This document shows, piece by piece, positions 1 to 11,989 of a stretch of 64,000 bases of DNA. The translations under genes and the position numbers were made by a program. This stretch comes from an uncultured Desulfosarcina sp. (GTDB taxonomy: Bacteria; Desulfobacterota; Desulfobacteria; Desulfobacterales; Desulfosarcinaceae), in the NCBI RefSeq assembly GCF_963664155.2, contig NZ_CAXXXH010000002.1:464189-528188 (forward strand). The letters are read 5' to 3'. The notes under the pieces were generated by a model that was not told the origin of the DNA, did no database searches, and saw only the letters and a program-made list of their open reading frames with translations. Position 1 is the stretch's first letter, and the number at the start of each line of letters is the position of its first letter.

Positions 1-1259
1 GTCTCTTCAGGCCGGGTCTTGATGGTGATGCGCCCCTGGTGTTCCGGGGGGAAGGTCAGCTTCACTATCCGGAATACACTCTCGGTCGATCCTGAAAGCG
101 GGGGCAGCGAAAAGAAAGCTTCCTCCCCCGGGGTTTTGATTTGCAGACCATCGGGGGTGATGTCCAGCGCACACTGAGTCACCGGTTTCGCGCCGTCAAG
201 GGCAATGTCCCGTTTCACCACCCCCTGCATGGGTTGGCCGGCCGCAGCATAAATGGATTCCAGGTTCAGGTGAAGCTGTTCCAGCGAGCTTTCCCCGCTT
301 TCCAATACGACCCAGTCACTTTTTTTGGCCATGACATTCCGGTCGAACGTGGGTTCCTGGGTTGAATCGATGACGGCCAGGCTTTTGAAGGCGCGGGTGA
401 GAAAAGGCAGCAGGCGGTCCAGATATTCGTCGCCATAGACCACGCCTACCGGACCATTGACGGCGTGGGGTCCGGCGGTATAGCCGGCCAAGGGGGCTTT
501 TTCCTGTGGCGTTTCATCCAGGAGAAGACGGTAGAGGTCATTGTCCGGTGGCGGGCAGGGAATTGACGAACGGTCGCCGGATAGCGGCCTGGCCAGTTCC
601 TGGAAATTCAGGATTTGTTCGGCGGCTGCGGCGGCACCGCCGCAGCTCCAGAAGCGTGACCGTTTGTGATAGACATCAATCCCGCTGAGTTTGGCTTTTT
701 TCAACACCGGGTCCAGTCCGATAAAGCCACTCAAGGGGTGGCGGTTGTTGGCGTCGATCAGCGCCTTGTAAAATGGACTTTGAAACTTTGAAATGTCGGA
801 GCCGACGTACTCCGGATAAATGACTGCCTTGCCGGGAACCACGGTGGCCAGAAAGTGGCGTCCGGTGGCGTTGATTATTTTTTCGACAGCGTGCATCTCC
901 AGAAAGAGCCGGTAGGCCGCCTGCCGGGCAACCGGCGGTTCCGGATAGGCCGCGGTGGTTTCTTTGGGGTACAACCAGCCATGGATGCCGACGCGTACCG
1001 ACGCGGCCGATGAGGTGGAAAACAGATGGTAGTTCAGCCAGTTGTGTAGTGTTTTCAAACGCCTACCAGCGGGCAGGGATTCCCGGAACCATCCTTCGAC
1101 AGCCTGGTAGTATCCTCGATCCAGCCACAGCGTTGCTTCAGGCACGGGAAATCCCTGGTGGAGGGTATTATCACCATTGCCGTGCATATGACCCACCAGC
1201 CACAGGGCCGCCGGTGCGGTCAACAGAATCACAAAGAATAGGGATAAGAACTTTTTCAC
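1..1259 (-). CDS. AlgJ/AlgX-like SGNH-hydrolase-fold polysaccharide O-acetylation protein (runs off the window edge; catalytic residues degenerate)
   Basis: Not in the ORF track. Manual translation from GTG at 1259 gives MKKFLSLFFVILLTAPAALWLVG (TM anchor), then VRVGIHGWLYP, TVVPGKAVIYPEY, VVYGDEY and DWVVLE. The motifs checked share one frame, and the gene lies directly downstream of an AlgI-type MBOAT. Confidence 0.8.
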   Translation of the reverse strand, partial: MKKFLSLFFVILLTAPAALWLVGHMHGNGDNTLHQGFPVPEATLWLDRGYYQAVEGWFRESLPAGRRLKTLHNWLNYHLFSTSSAASVRVGIHGWLYPKETTAAYPEPPVARQAAYRLFLEMHAVEKIINATGRHFLATVVPGKAVIYPEYVGSDISKFQSPFYKALIDANNRHPLSGFIGLDPVLKKAKLSGIDVYHKRSRFWSCGGAAAAAEQILNFQELARPLSGDRSSIPCPPPDNDLYRLLLDETPQEKAPLAGYTAGPHAVNGPVGVVYGDEYLDRLLPFLTRAFKSLAVIDSTQEPTFDRNVMAKKSDWVVLESGESSLEQLHLNLESIYAAAGQPMQGVVKRDIALDGAKPVTQCALDITPDGLQIKTPGEEAFFSLPPLSGSTESVFRIVKLTFPPEHQGRITIKTRPEE

Positions 1260-1267
1260 CGTGTCGA

Positions 1268-2695
1268 TTAGAACCGGTAGTAGATAAATGGGTTCTGATA
1301 GCCGGAAGCCATAATGGCTGCACACCAGGGCAAAAGCACTGCGAATAGAACGATTCCAACCGTGGCCGCTAAAAAACGCTTTTTCTTCAATTGGGGCTCG
1401 GCATCCATGTCTCCGGACGGCAGGATCAGCGCAGTCAACGAGCAGAGCATGAGCACCCCGTTTTTCATGTCCAGCAGGCTCACCAGGGACATCGGCAATT
1501 CATGGGTGGAGAGGCTGAACATGGCCGTGAAAAAATGGCCGGCCTGGCCCAGATCGTCACAACGGAAAATCACCCACCCGCATACCACCACCACCAAGGT
1601 CAACAGGCGGCGAAACCCGCGCAGGCGGTTTTCGGGAACGCGACGCAGGCCGGTGAGCCGCTCGAACACCAAAAAAAGACCGTGGTAGGCACCCCATGCC
1701 ACGAATGTCCAGTTGGCGCCATGCCAGAACCCGCACAGGAGAAATACAAGGGTCAGGTTCAGGTAGGTGCGGGCCGCCCCTTTGCGATTGCCGCCTAAGG
1801 GAAGGTAGAGATAGTCCCTGAACCAGCGGCTCAGTGAGATGTGCCAGCGCTTCCAGAAATCGGTCAGGCTGATGGCGCTGTAGGGCCGGTTGAAGTTTTC
1901 CAGGAAACGAAAGCCAAAGAGCATGCCCAGGCCGATGGCCATGTCCGAGTACGCGGAAAAATCCAGATAGATCTGAAGGCTGTAGGCAATGGCGCCCATC
2001 CATGCGGTCCTGGTGTCCAGCAATGCAGGCGACAGACCGAAAATGAGATCGGCGAAACGGCCACAGGTATCGGCCAGGATCACTTTTTTGCAAAGGCCCC
2101 AACAAAACCGCACGGCTCCGGTATAAAATGTATCCCAGGATTCCACCCGTTTTTTAATCTGGTCGTGAATGTCCCGGAATCGGACAATGGGGCCGGCCAC
2201 CAACTGGGGGAACAGAGCCACATACATCGAAAAGTCAATTAAATTGGCAATGGATCTGCATCGCCCACGGTAGACATCGATGGTGTAGCTGAGCTTCTGG
2301 AAGGTGAAAAAGGAGATGCCAACCGGCAGGGCCACCGCTTCCCATCCGGACAGATCGAGGCCCATCCGCACGAGGTAATCGCCGGTCTGGCTCACAAAAA
2401 AATTGGCGTACTTGAACCAGGCTAAAAGCCCCAGGTTGACGATGACGGACAGGGTCAGCCACAACCGCTTTTGCCCTTCAAACCGATCCATGAAACGGCC
2501 CATTGCATAGTCGAAAAAAGTGGAACCGGCCAGAAACAGGATGAATTCCGGGGCCCCGAAAAGATAGAAAAAATAGGAGAAAATCAACAGGGTCAGGTTG
2601 CGCAGGCGGTTTTTAAACAGCAGATGCTGGCCGTAGTAGCAGACGATCACAACCGGCAGGAAGGCAAAAATGAAGAAAAGGCTGGAGAAGATCAT
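1268..2695 (-). CDS. algI: MBOAT family O-acyltransferase (AlgI/DltB-like)
   Basis: MIFSS start, LPVGISFFTFQ, FPQLVAGPI, DFSAYSDMAIG, ENFNRPY, FWKRWHISLS, GFWHGA (catalytic His), and the PFIYYRF C-terminus. Confidence 0.93.
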   Translation of the reverse strand: MIFSSLFFIFAFLPVVIVCYYGQHLLFKNRLRNLTLLIFSYFFYLFGAPEFILFLAGSTFFDYAMGRFMDRFEGQKRLWLTLSVIVNLGLLAWFKYANFFVSQTGDYLVRMGLDLSGWEAVALPVGISFFTFQKLSYTIDVYRGRCRSIANLIDFSMYVALFPQLVAGPIVRFRDIHDQIKKRVESWDTFYTGAVRFCWGLCKKVILADTCGRFADLIFGLSPALLDTRTAWMGAIAYSLQIYLDFSAYSDMAIGLGMLFGFRFLENFNRPYSAISLTDFWKRWHISLSRWFRDYLYLPLGGNRKGAARTYLNLTLVFLLCGFWHGANWTFVAWGAYHGLFLVFERLTGLRRVPENRLRGFRRLLTLVVVVCGWVIFRCDDLGQAGHFFTAMFSLSTHELPMSLVSLLDMKNGVLMLCSLTALILPSGDMDAEPQLKKKRFLAATVGIVLFAVLLPWCAAIMASGYQNPFIYYRF

Positions 2696-2718
2696 GTGAT
2701 CATTTTTGGATATTCATC

Positions 2719-5016
2719 CTACTCATCTGCCGTGGGCGGCAGGATCAGCGGTGCCTGAACAGGTGCTTCGCTCTCCAGGCGGTCCACATTCTGAAAACCG
2801 CGGGGCAGCTTTTTCCCGCGCCGGCCGCGCTCACCCACGTACTGGGTGAGATTGCCGTAGGTCAGTTTGAAAAAGCGTTTGCCGGCGAATATGGTCAGAG
2901 TGCCTTCTGCCGGTACCAGAGTCAGATGAATCAGCAGTTCCTTGCGTTCCCTGGCCCGCTTGGTCGGAATCTGAATGATCTTGTTGCCTTTGCCCTTGGC
3001 AAGGGCCGGGAGCTTGTTGAGGGGAAAGACCAGCATTCGTCCCTCATTCGTGACTGCCGCCAGCAGTTGATCCGACGCCGCATCCATTGGGATGGGCCTC
3101 AGCGGCTGGGCTCCTTTGGGCAGGGAGAGCATGGCCTTGCCTTTGGTGTTGCGCGTCAACAGTTCCTCGAAGCGCGTGATGAAACCGTACCCGGCGTCGC
3201 TGGCCATGAGCAACTGCTGATCGGCCGGTGCCATGATCACGGCAATGAAGACGGCGCCGTTGGGCAGAATGAAACGGCCCGTGAGCGGCTCTCCATAACC
3301 CCTGGCCGACGGAAGGGTATGGGCGGACAGGCTGTATGACCGCCCGGTGGAATCCAGGAAAACGACCGGTTGGTTGCTCCTGCCCCGGGCGGCGTCGAGA
3401 TAGTGGTCACCCGGTCGGTAGACCGTTTCGCCGGGATCGATCTCGTGACCCTTGGCGGCCCGCACCCACCCGTTGGCCGACAGAATTACGGTCACCGGCT
3501 CAACCGGGGCAAGCTGTTCTTCGGAAATGGCCTGCGCCTCCCCGCGCCGGACGATTGCGGTTCGCCGGTCGTCCCCGTATGCTTTGGCATCCGCCCGAAG
3601 CTCTTTTTTAATCAGGGTCTTGAGACGGGCCGGCGATCCGAGGGTGGCCTCCAGAAACTGCCGCTCTTTGTCCAGATCTTGTTGCTCGGAGCGGATTTTC
3701 ATCTCCTCCAGTTTGGCCAGGTGGCGCAGGCGCAACTGAAGGATGGCTTCGGCCTGGGCATCGGAGAGACTGAAACGGTCCATCAGTACCGGTTTGGGTT
3801 CACCTTCGGCGCGGATGATGCGGATGACCTCGTCGATATTCAGATAGGCTATCAGCAGGCCGTCTAAAAGGTGAAGGCGTTCATTCACCTTATCCAGGCG
3901 ATATCCCAGGCGATCCGTGACGGTTTGCGTTCGAAAGGCGATCCACTCGGTGAGCAGTTCGACCAGTCCCTTCACCCCGGGCTTGCGGTCCCGGCCGATG
4001 ACGTTCAGGTTGACCCGAAATGTTTTTTCCAGCTCCGTGGTGGCGAACAGATGCGCCATGAGGGCGTCCCGATCCACCCGGTTGGATCGGGGCACGACAA
4101 CGAGGCGAATGGGGTCTTCATGGTCCGATTCATCTCTGAGATCCGCCACCATGGGCAGTTTCTTTTTATTCATCTGGGCGGCGATCTGCTCCAGCACCCT
4201 GGCCGGTGACACCTGGTGAGGCAGGGCATTGATGACGATGTCACCGTTTTCCAGTTCATAAGTGCCCCGCATGCGGATGGCGCCTTTGCCCGACCGATAG
4301 ATCTCCATGATTTCCGATTTCGGCGTGATGATCTCGGCGCCGACGGGATAGTCCGGGCCCTGTATGTGGTTGCACAAGGCGTCGACATCGGCATCCGGGA
4401 AGTCGATCAGATGAATGCAGGCGTCGACGACCTCCCGGATGTTGTGAGGCGGGATGTCGGTGGCCATGCCCACGGCGATTCCTGTCGTGCCGTTGAGCAG
4501 GATGTTGGGCAGACGGGCCGGCAGCACCCGGGGTTCTTTCAGCGTGCCGTCGAAATTGGGCACCCACTGAACCGTTCCCATGGCGATTTCACCCAGCAGC
4601 ACCTCGGCATAGGCGGAGAGCCGGGCCTCGGTATAGCGCATGGCGGCAAAGGATTTGGGGTCGTCGGGTGCACCCCAGTTCCCCTGGCCGTCAACCAGCG
4701 GGTATCGGTATGAGAACGGCTGCGCCATGAGCACCATGGCTTCATAGCAGGCGGTGTCACCGTGGGGGTGGAACTTGCCGAGCACGTCGCCGACGGTTCG
4801 GGCTGACTTTTTGTGCTTGGAGGACGCTTTCAGACCCAGTTCACTCATGGCATAGACGATTCGTCGTTGAACCGGTTTGAGCCCATCGCCGATGTGGGGC
4901 AAGGCGCGGTCCATGATCACGTACATGGCGTAATCGAGATAGGCCTGCCGGGAAAACTGCTGGAGGGGCATGCGCTCCGTGCCCTCGATAGGAAGGGGGG
5001 GTGCGGTTGTTGTCAT
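2719..5016 (-). CDS. parC: DNA topoisomerase IV subunit A
   Basis: [22 protein letters not shown] (active Tyr), [11 protein letters not shown]; short ParC-type C-terminal domain with no GyrA box seen. Confidence 0.95.
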   Translation of the reverse strand: MTTTAPPLPIEGTERMPLQQFSRQAYLDYAMYVIMDRALPHIGDGLKPVQRRIVYAMSELGLKASSKHKKSARTVGDVLGKFHPHGDTACYEAMVLMAQPFSYRYPLVDGQGNWGAPDDPKSFAAMRYTEARLSAYAEVLLGEIAMGTVQWVPNFDGTLKEPRVLPARLPNILLNGTTGIAVGMATDIPPHNIREVVDACIHLIDFPDADVDALCNHIQGPDYPVGAEIITPKSEIMEIYRSGKGAIRMRGTYELENGDIVINALPHQVSPARVLEQIAAQMNKKKLPMVADLRDESDHEDPIRLVVVPRSNRVDRDALMAHLFATTELEKTFRVNLNVIGRDRKPGVKGLVELLTEWIAFRTQTVTDRLGYRLDKVNERLHLLDGLLIAYLNIDEVIRIIRAEGEPKPVLMDRFSLSDAQAEAILQLRLRHLAKLEEMKIRSEQQDLDKERQFLEATLGSPARLKTLIKKELRADAKAYGDDRRTAIVRRGEAQAISEEQLAPVEPVTVILSANGWVRAAKGHEIDPGETVYRPGDHYLDAARGRSNQPVVFLDSTGRSYSLSAHTLPSARGYGEPLTGRFILPNGAVFIAVIMAPADQQLLMASDAGYGFITRFEELLTRNTKGKAMLSLPKGAQPLRPIPMDAASDQLLAAVTNEGRMLVFPLNKLPALAKGKGNKIIQIPTKRARERKELLIHLTLVPAEGTLTIFAGKRFFKLTYGNLTQYVGERGRRGKKLPRGFQNVDRLESEAPVQAPLILPPTADE

Positions 5017-5088
5017 ATAATAATTGCTTTCAGTAGGTTATGCTTTATTTGTGTCATCGTTACTTTAGGGATAGACAAAAGGCTATAG

Positions 5089-5124
5089 GCTATAGGCAAT
5101 GGGGAATAGGCTATGGGCGATAGG
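5089..5124. repeat. Degenerate 7-bp tandem repeat (AGGCTAT-like) between parE and parC
   Basis: aaggctataggctataggcaatggggaataggctatgggcgatagg; the reverse complement resembles cctacagcctacagcccatagcct at 13280-13303. Confidence 0.6.
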
Positions 5125-5200
5125 AACGATTTTAAATTGAACACTCAACACGCCACCTTGCGTTCATTCTTTCCCCACGACCCCCGTGAACCCTTATTCT

Positions 5201-7518
<2,318 letters not shown>

Positions 7519-7558
7519 AGGTTCGATCCCTTTATGATGGATATCGGTTAAAAAATCA

Positions 7559-7607
7559 ATACTGTATGTTGTGGTTGCAATGGTTTTGGGGGTGAATTGG
7601 TTGTGGT
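7559..7607. promoter_or_regulatory. Candidate NrdR box plus a second half-site 32 bp away, upstream of parE
   Basis: atactgtatgttgtgg (7559-7574) resembles the consensus acaCwAtATaTwGtgt; gttgtggt recurs at 7568 and 7600. Confidence 0.4.
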
Positions 7608-7716
7608 GCCGGTAAATTACAGAAATAGTCGGCAGTTTGGAAGGTACGAACGCTTCAGCTGGATTGGCATTTGGGGTTGGCGATAAAATGGGTTATTGGT
7701 CAGGGGAGGGGAGGCC

Positions 7717-7757
7717 GAAAATGCCGAAGCCGGGGTGACAATCCACCTCGGCTTCGA
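7717..7757 (-). terminator. Intrinsic terminator after the PEP-CTERM gene
   Basis: Stem cgaagccggggtg / cacctcggcttcg with a short T tract on the minus strand. Confidence 0.6.
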
Positions 7758-8548
7758 TCGATCATAAAACAATTTGACTCAGAGCTATCTAACTTTTTTT
7801 CAGGAATTTCTTGCGCGATGCACCGGCCAACCCGACCAGTCCGGTTCCCAGCAGGAGCATGGTGGCAGGTTCGGGGACGGGAGTATTTGGTGCTATCCAA
7901 CCGCTGCCATCTTCTTCACCTGGTATATCTATACCTTGGACATGTGCGGCTGTATAAAAAGGACCGTTACCTCCGGTGGGTGGTTGACTTAAAAAATTAA
8001 ACCAAGACGAATCTAAAAGGTTTCCATATGTAGTAGATGTGATGTCATAAACAGAAGTTTGGCCAGCTGTCAATGCGCCATTGCTCTTATCCCAACCAAA
8101 TAGAATGTCATAAGAGCCGTCACCATCGGCTTTAAAATTGTTGACCCCAGTTGTGACTAAGTCTGCATCATTGCCAGAGACAAAGGCAAAGGTTAAATCA
8201 AGAGTTTTAAGAGGATCAAAATTGAAGTACCATCCTTTGCCAGTAGATTTAAAATCTTTTGCACCAGCGACAAATTCATCATCTGATAAACCTGACGCAT
8301 CCATAGTCAATCTTACTATTCCTGATTCTAAGTCAGTGAATGTTGCTGTAAGCCACGGTGCACTGCCAGTTGGAGATTCCGCTCCACTAAATTCGTAATC
8401 CAAATCAAATGACAGCGCTAACACCTCATCGGGACTAATCGCGAGGCAAAACACCAAAAGGATGGCCAAGCTTGGTAATAAGATTAGATGTCCTGAACGG
8501 AACTTGAGTTGACAGTGGTCAGAAACCTTCTGGATGTGTCAACGACAG

Positions 8549-9598
8549 TTATGCAGCATTTATTTTTTCCAGATTCTTTTCTTTATATCGCTGCTTGCCT
8601 TCAATGAATGTTTCCATTGGCGTACGACCTTTGCAGCGTTTTCCCTGATGGGTTCGTTTTGTATTATACTCGTCCATATACTCATCCAGGTCGATCTGTA
8701 AAGTCTCAAGATCACGATACAGCTTCTTTCGAAATGCCACACGGTAGAACTCATTCAGCACGGTTTGGTGGAAACGCTCGCAAATACCATTGGTTTGAGG
8801 GCTTCTGACCTTAGTTTTGGTATGGTCGATTTCGTTGAGTTGCAGGAACAACTCGTAAGGGTGTTTATCCAGGCTGCCACAAAACTCGGTTCCCCGATCC
8901 GTCAATACCCGCAATACAGGGACATTGTGTTCCTCAAAGAAAGGCAACACACGGTCATTGAGCGTATCGGCAGCGGTGACGGGGATCTTGGCCGTATACA
9001 GCTTGGCAAAGGCCACCGACGAATAGGTATCGACCACCGTTTGCTGATAGATCCGGCCGACACCTTTCAGATACCCGACATAAAAGGTATCCTGGCTGAT
9101 CAGATAACCCGAATGTTGGGTTTCGATTTCATCCGGGTGAGATTCCCGACTGCGCTTGGCTGTTTCCAACGCCGTCAATTGGGCCTCGGTGTAAACAATG
9201 CCTTCTTTGGCTGCCCGCTCTTCAAGCGATGCCAGACGTTTTTTGAAAGTTTCCAGATCGTGCCGAATCCAGATGCTTCGAACACCGCCGGATGACACCA
9301 GAATGCCCTCTTTACGCAGTTCATTGGCAGCTCGTGCCTGACCATAAGCCGGATATTCAAATGCCATTTTGATCACGGCCGCTTCAATTTCAGGAGCAAC
9401 CCGATTTTTGATACACGGCTTGCGCCGGCTTTTATCCTTGAGGCCTTCAAGGCCGTGCTCTTCATACGCTTTTTTAATGTCGTAGAAATGTTGGCGGGAA
9501 ACGCCGTTGATGCGGCAGGCCTGGGAAACATTCTTGAGGTATTCGGCCAGTTCCAGTATGCTGAGTTTAGCTCTTGCGATTTTGTCTTGGGTGGTCAT
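8549..9598 (-). CDS. IS481-family transposase
   Basis: N-terminal HTH (NVSQACRINGVSRQHFY) and DDE core (QDTFYVG, LTDRGTEF, NGICERFH). Confidence 0.93.
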   Translation of the reverse strand: MTTQDKIARAKLSILELAEYLKNVSQACRINGVSRQHFYDIKKAYEEHGLEGLKDKSRRKPCIKNRVAPEIEAAVIKMAFEYPAYGQARAANELRKEGILVSSGGVRSIWIRHDLETFKKRLASLEERAAKEGIVYTEAQLTALETAKRSRESHPDEIETQHSGYLISQDTFYVGYLKGVGRIYQQTVVDTYSSVAFAKLYTAKIPVTAADTLNDRVLPFFEEHNVPVLRVLTDRGTEFCGSLDKHPYELFLQLNEIDHTKTKVRSPQTNGICERFHQTVLNEFYRVAFRKKLYRDLETLQIDLDEYMDEYNTKRTHQGKRCKGRTPMETFIEGKQRYKEKNLEKINAA

Positions 9599-9722
9599 GA
9601 TGTGCCTCCTGTTTTAGATTGTTTGGCGACAATCCAGAAGGTGGAGGTGGACCCCATCGGCTGGACAGCCTGAGGGGTAGAATAAGCTATGAGCCGAGAG
9701 CTTTTTAAAAGATAAAAAGGCA

Positions 9723-10556
9723 TCAGGCAGCCTCGGCGAAAGGATGGGGCAGACCGTAATAAACCTCATCCGGGGTTCTGTCGTCAAGGGCCGAATGGCC
9801 CCGTTCGTGATTGTAATAATCGAGCCACCGGCCCAGACCCTGCCGCAGCGCCTTACCGGTGTCGAATGCGTGCAAGTAAATGTATTGGTGTTTGAGGGTC
9901 CACCACAGCCGCTCGACGAATATATTGTCCTGGCAACGACCCCGACCATCCATACTGATGGCGACCTTGTTATCGATGAGAACCTTGGTGAACGCGTTGC
10001 TGGTAAATTGAGCCCCTTGGTCGGTATTGAAGATTTCCGGTGGCTCATAGCGGCTCAACGCCTCTTTAAGGGCATCGATACAAAAGGCGCTGTCCAGGGT
10101 GTTGGATATCCGCCAGGCGAGCACCTTGCGGCTGTGCCAGTCCATGATCGCCACCAGATACATGTACCCACTGGCCATGGGGATGAAAGTGATGTCGCTG
10201 GCCCAAACCTGATTGGTGCGACTGATGGTCATACCCCTTAGCAGATAAGGATATACCTTATGCTGGGGATGGGGGCGGCTGGTCCGCGGTTTGGGATACA
10301 CCGCCTCGATACCCATTAATCGCATCAGCCGCTGAACCCGTTTGCGATTGGCTGTTATGCCCTGACGATCCAGCTGGCGGCTGATCGTTCGGCTGCCCGA
10401 GGATGGATTGGTAAGATACAGTTCGTCGATCTTGCGCATCAGTTCCAGCTCTTCTTGGCTTATGGGTATGGGTTGGTAGTAATAGGATGACCGGCTAAGA
10501 TCGATTAGTTCACACTGCCGGGAAACGCTCAGCTGCCGATCCAACGGATCGATCAT
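9723..10556 (-). CDS. IS3 transposase OrfB (integrase core), probably joined to OrfA by a -1 frameshift
   Basis: WASDIT, NTDQGAQF and NIFVERLW DDE motifs; the frame stays open upstream to the slippery site at about 10598. Confidence 0.92.
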   Translation of the reverse strand: MIDPLDRQLSVSRQCELIDLSRSSYYYQPIPISQEELELMRKIDELYLTNPSSGSRTISRQLDRQGITANRKRVQRLMRLMGIEAVYPKPRTSRPHPQHKVYPYLLRGMTISRTNQVWASDITFIPMASGYMYLVAIMDWHSRKVLAWRISNTLDSAFCIDALKEALSRYEPPEIFNTDQGAQFTSNAFTKVLIDNKVAISMDGRGRCQDNIFVERLWWTLKHQYIYLHAFDTGKALRQGLGRWLDYYNHERGHSALDDRTPDEVYYGLPHPFAEAA

Positions 10557-10576
10557 GGATTTACGCTGTTTGCGAT

Positions 10577-10858
10577 TCAGCTGCTGAGCTTGCGTGCTAA
10601 AAAATCGTTTTCCACCTTGAGTTGACCGATCTGGCGGTACAGTTCGGCGGTTTGGGCATCGGCCTGTTTTCTGGATCGGTGGCTTTTATCGAAGATATCG
10701 GCTGCACCGTCGAGCATCTGCCGCTTCCAGGTGGAAATCATGGTGGGGTGAACACCAAATCGACTGGCCAACTGTGCTGCGGTTTCTTCGTTCTGAATGG
10801 CAGCCAGAGCGACCTTGGCTTTGAACTGTGGACTGTGTGATTTGCGCTTGTTACCCAT
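10577..10858 (-). CDS. IS3 transposase OrfA (HTH)
   Basis: RKSHSPQFKAKVAL...LYRQIGQLKVENDFL. Confidence 0.9.
   Translation of the reverse strand: MGNKRKSHSPQFKAKVALAAIQNEETAAQLASRFGVHPTMISTWKRQMLDGAADIFDKSHRSRKQADAQTAELYRQIGQLKVENDFLARKLSS
10598..10604 (-). other. -1 programmed ribosomal frameshift heptamer T TTT TTA
   Basis: GAT TTT TTA at the end of orfA; the -1 frame reads into orfB. Confidence 0.75.
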
Positions 10859-11310
10859 CGTCAGATCCTCCTCATTTTTGGTCTGACTCATAGCTTAGCA
10901 CATTGTCCAGTTTTTGGGGTCCACCGCCGGTATCTGACCACCCATTTTTTAGCAAGGTGTCAAGTCAAGTCCGTCCTCATACAGATTAGACGATTCTTCA
11001 TTAGTTGTATCCTTTCCCCTTTTTTAATATCTTTAAAAATATATTCCCCCACAATTTCAAACGATTAAACTTAGGCAGATTATCCCCCCTTTGATTTCCA
11101 TTAAATTATTTTAATTTTCCTGTTTTGAAATCTCAATTTAGTCCTCGCATCAGCTTAACGGTGGGCACCTAATTTTATTGTTAAAACCCAATAGAAACCG
11201 AAGAGCGCCTGTATTGGCAGAGTAACTGCAACATTTCGATATTACTTCCATTAACCTCATAAGAAAAGAAAGCAGGGAAAAACTTCCCAAAAAACTTACC
11301 TCATACAAAA

Positions 11311-11326
11311 GCAATTTCCAAGCCAA
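11311..11326 (-). promoter_or_regulatory. Sigma54-type promoter for the interrupted PEP-CTERM gene
   Basis: Minus strand TTGGCTTGGAAATTGC (GG-N10-GC). Confidence 0.55.
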
Positions 11327-11427
11327 TCAAAAATGAATTAGAATAAGTATTTTAAGTATCAAATAATATTGAAGTATATAGAAAATCTAATTTGTCGCTC
11401 GATGCGAATTTCTCGAAATGTGAAGCA

Positions 11428-11455
11428 ATATCTATATAAAAAATTACATAGATAT
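11428..11455. promoter_or_regulatory. Dyad, candidate enhancer for a sigma54 activator (PrsR-like)
   Basis: atatctat-ataaaaaattac-atagatat; its ATTACATAG core is shared with 12096-12104. Confidence 0.45.
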
Positions 11456-11619
11456 GGTAAGAAATTCCCAAAAATTGGGTTAATCGACCAGTAACCCTCT
11501 CTCGAATCGAGATCGATTGAAGCTGACCCCAGGCATCGGATGCTACAGTATGTCTTGTCTCGGGAAATCGGGTAGGCGGGGCGTGGGTTTTTAGAAACTA
11601 TCCCGGCAGGTTAAAACCA

Positions 11620-11651
11620 AAAAGGCAGGACGACCATTCGTCCTGCCTTTT
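11620..11651 (-). terminator. Intrinsic terminator (bidirectional-type hairpin)
   Basis: aaaaggcaggacga-ccat-tcgtcctgcctttt, a perfect stem. Confidence 0.85.
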
Positions 11652-11691
11652 CGGTTTATCCAACATTAGCGGGTTCAACGCTAAACTCAGT

Positions 11692-11949
11692 TCATAGATT
11701 TTTCCTGCGACTGACACCGGCCAATCCCACCAGTCCGGTGGCAATCAGCAATATGATGGCGGAATTGGGTATGGACGTTGTCGTCGAGTCCTCCTTGGCA
11801 GAGGGGGCATCCTTTGCTACGGCAACCGCCTGGGATCTTGAATCGGCAATCAATTGAGTCATGCCGTCACTGGCGCTCGATGACATTCCGCCCAGCACTA
11901 CAAATACAACCAGAAATGTCAGGATTGATTTTTTAATGGCAAGCTTCAT
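11692..11949 (-). CDS. Small secreted protein with a variant PEP-CTERM sorting signal
   Basis: Signal peptide MKLAIKKSILTFLVVFVVLGG; C-terminus IPNSAIILLIATGLVGLAGVSRRK; AGGTGG RBS; has its own terminator. Confidence 0.8.
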   Translation of the reverse strand: MKLAIKKSILTFLVVFVVLGGMSSSASDGMTQLIADSRSQAVAVAKDAPSAKEDSTTTSIPNSAIILLIATGLVGLAGVSRRKNL

Positions 11950-11972
11950 TTTTCCACCTTGAGAAAGATAAA

Positions 11973-11989
11973 AGCAAGATAACTGCCAA
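11973..11989 (-). promoter_or_regulatory. Sigma54 promoter
   Basis: Minus strand TTGGCAGTTATCTTGCT, close to the -24/-12 consensus. Confidence 0.7.

Larger units (their letters stand above)
9643..10928 (-). mobile_element. IS3-family element (1286 bp) inserted within the IS481
   Basis: IRs ggaggtggaccccatcggctggaca / ggcggtggaccccaaaaactggaca; 3-bp TSD GGT at 9640-9642 and 10929-10931. Confidence 0.88.
8489..10983 (-). mobile_element. IS481-family element carrying a nested IS3
   Basis: TGT...ACA ends; imperfect IRs tgtcctgaacggaacttgagttgaca / tgtatgaggacggacttgacttgaca; 7-bp TSD GATTAGA at 8482-8488 and 10984-10990. Confidence 0.92.
7789..11001 (-). pseudogene. PEP-CTERM sorting-domain protein, interrupted after codon 6 by IS481 (3' part 7789-8488, 5' part 10984-11001)
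   Basis: C-terminus VPEPATMLLLGTGLVGLAGASRKK. Removing the IS and one TSD copy restores in-frame MKNRLILLPSLAILLVFCLAISPDEVLA, with a GAAAGGA RBS upstream of ATG 11001. Confidence 0.9.

Noticed and set aside
11002-11310. Riboswitch or leader peptide in the long PEP-CTERM leader
   Set aside because: No recognisable aptamer motif; the short ORF has no RBS or telling features.
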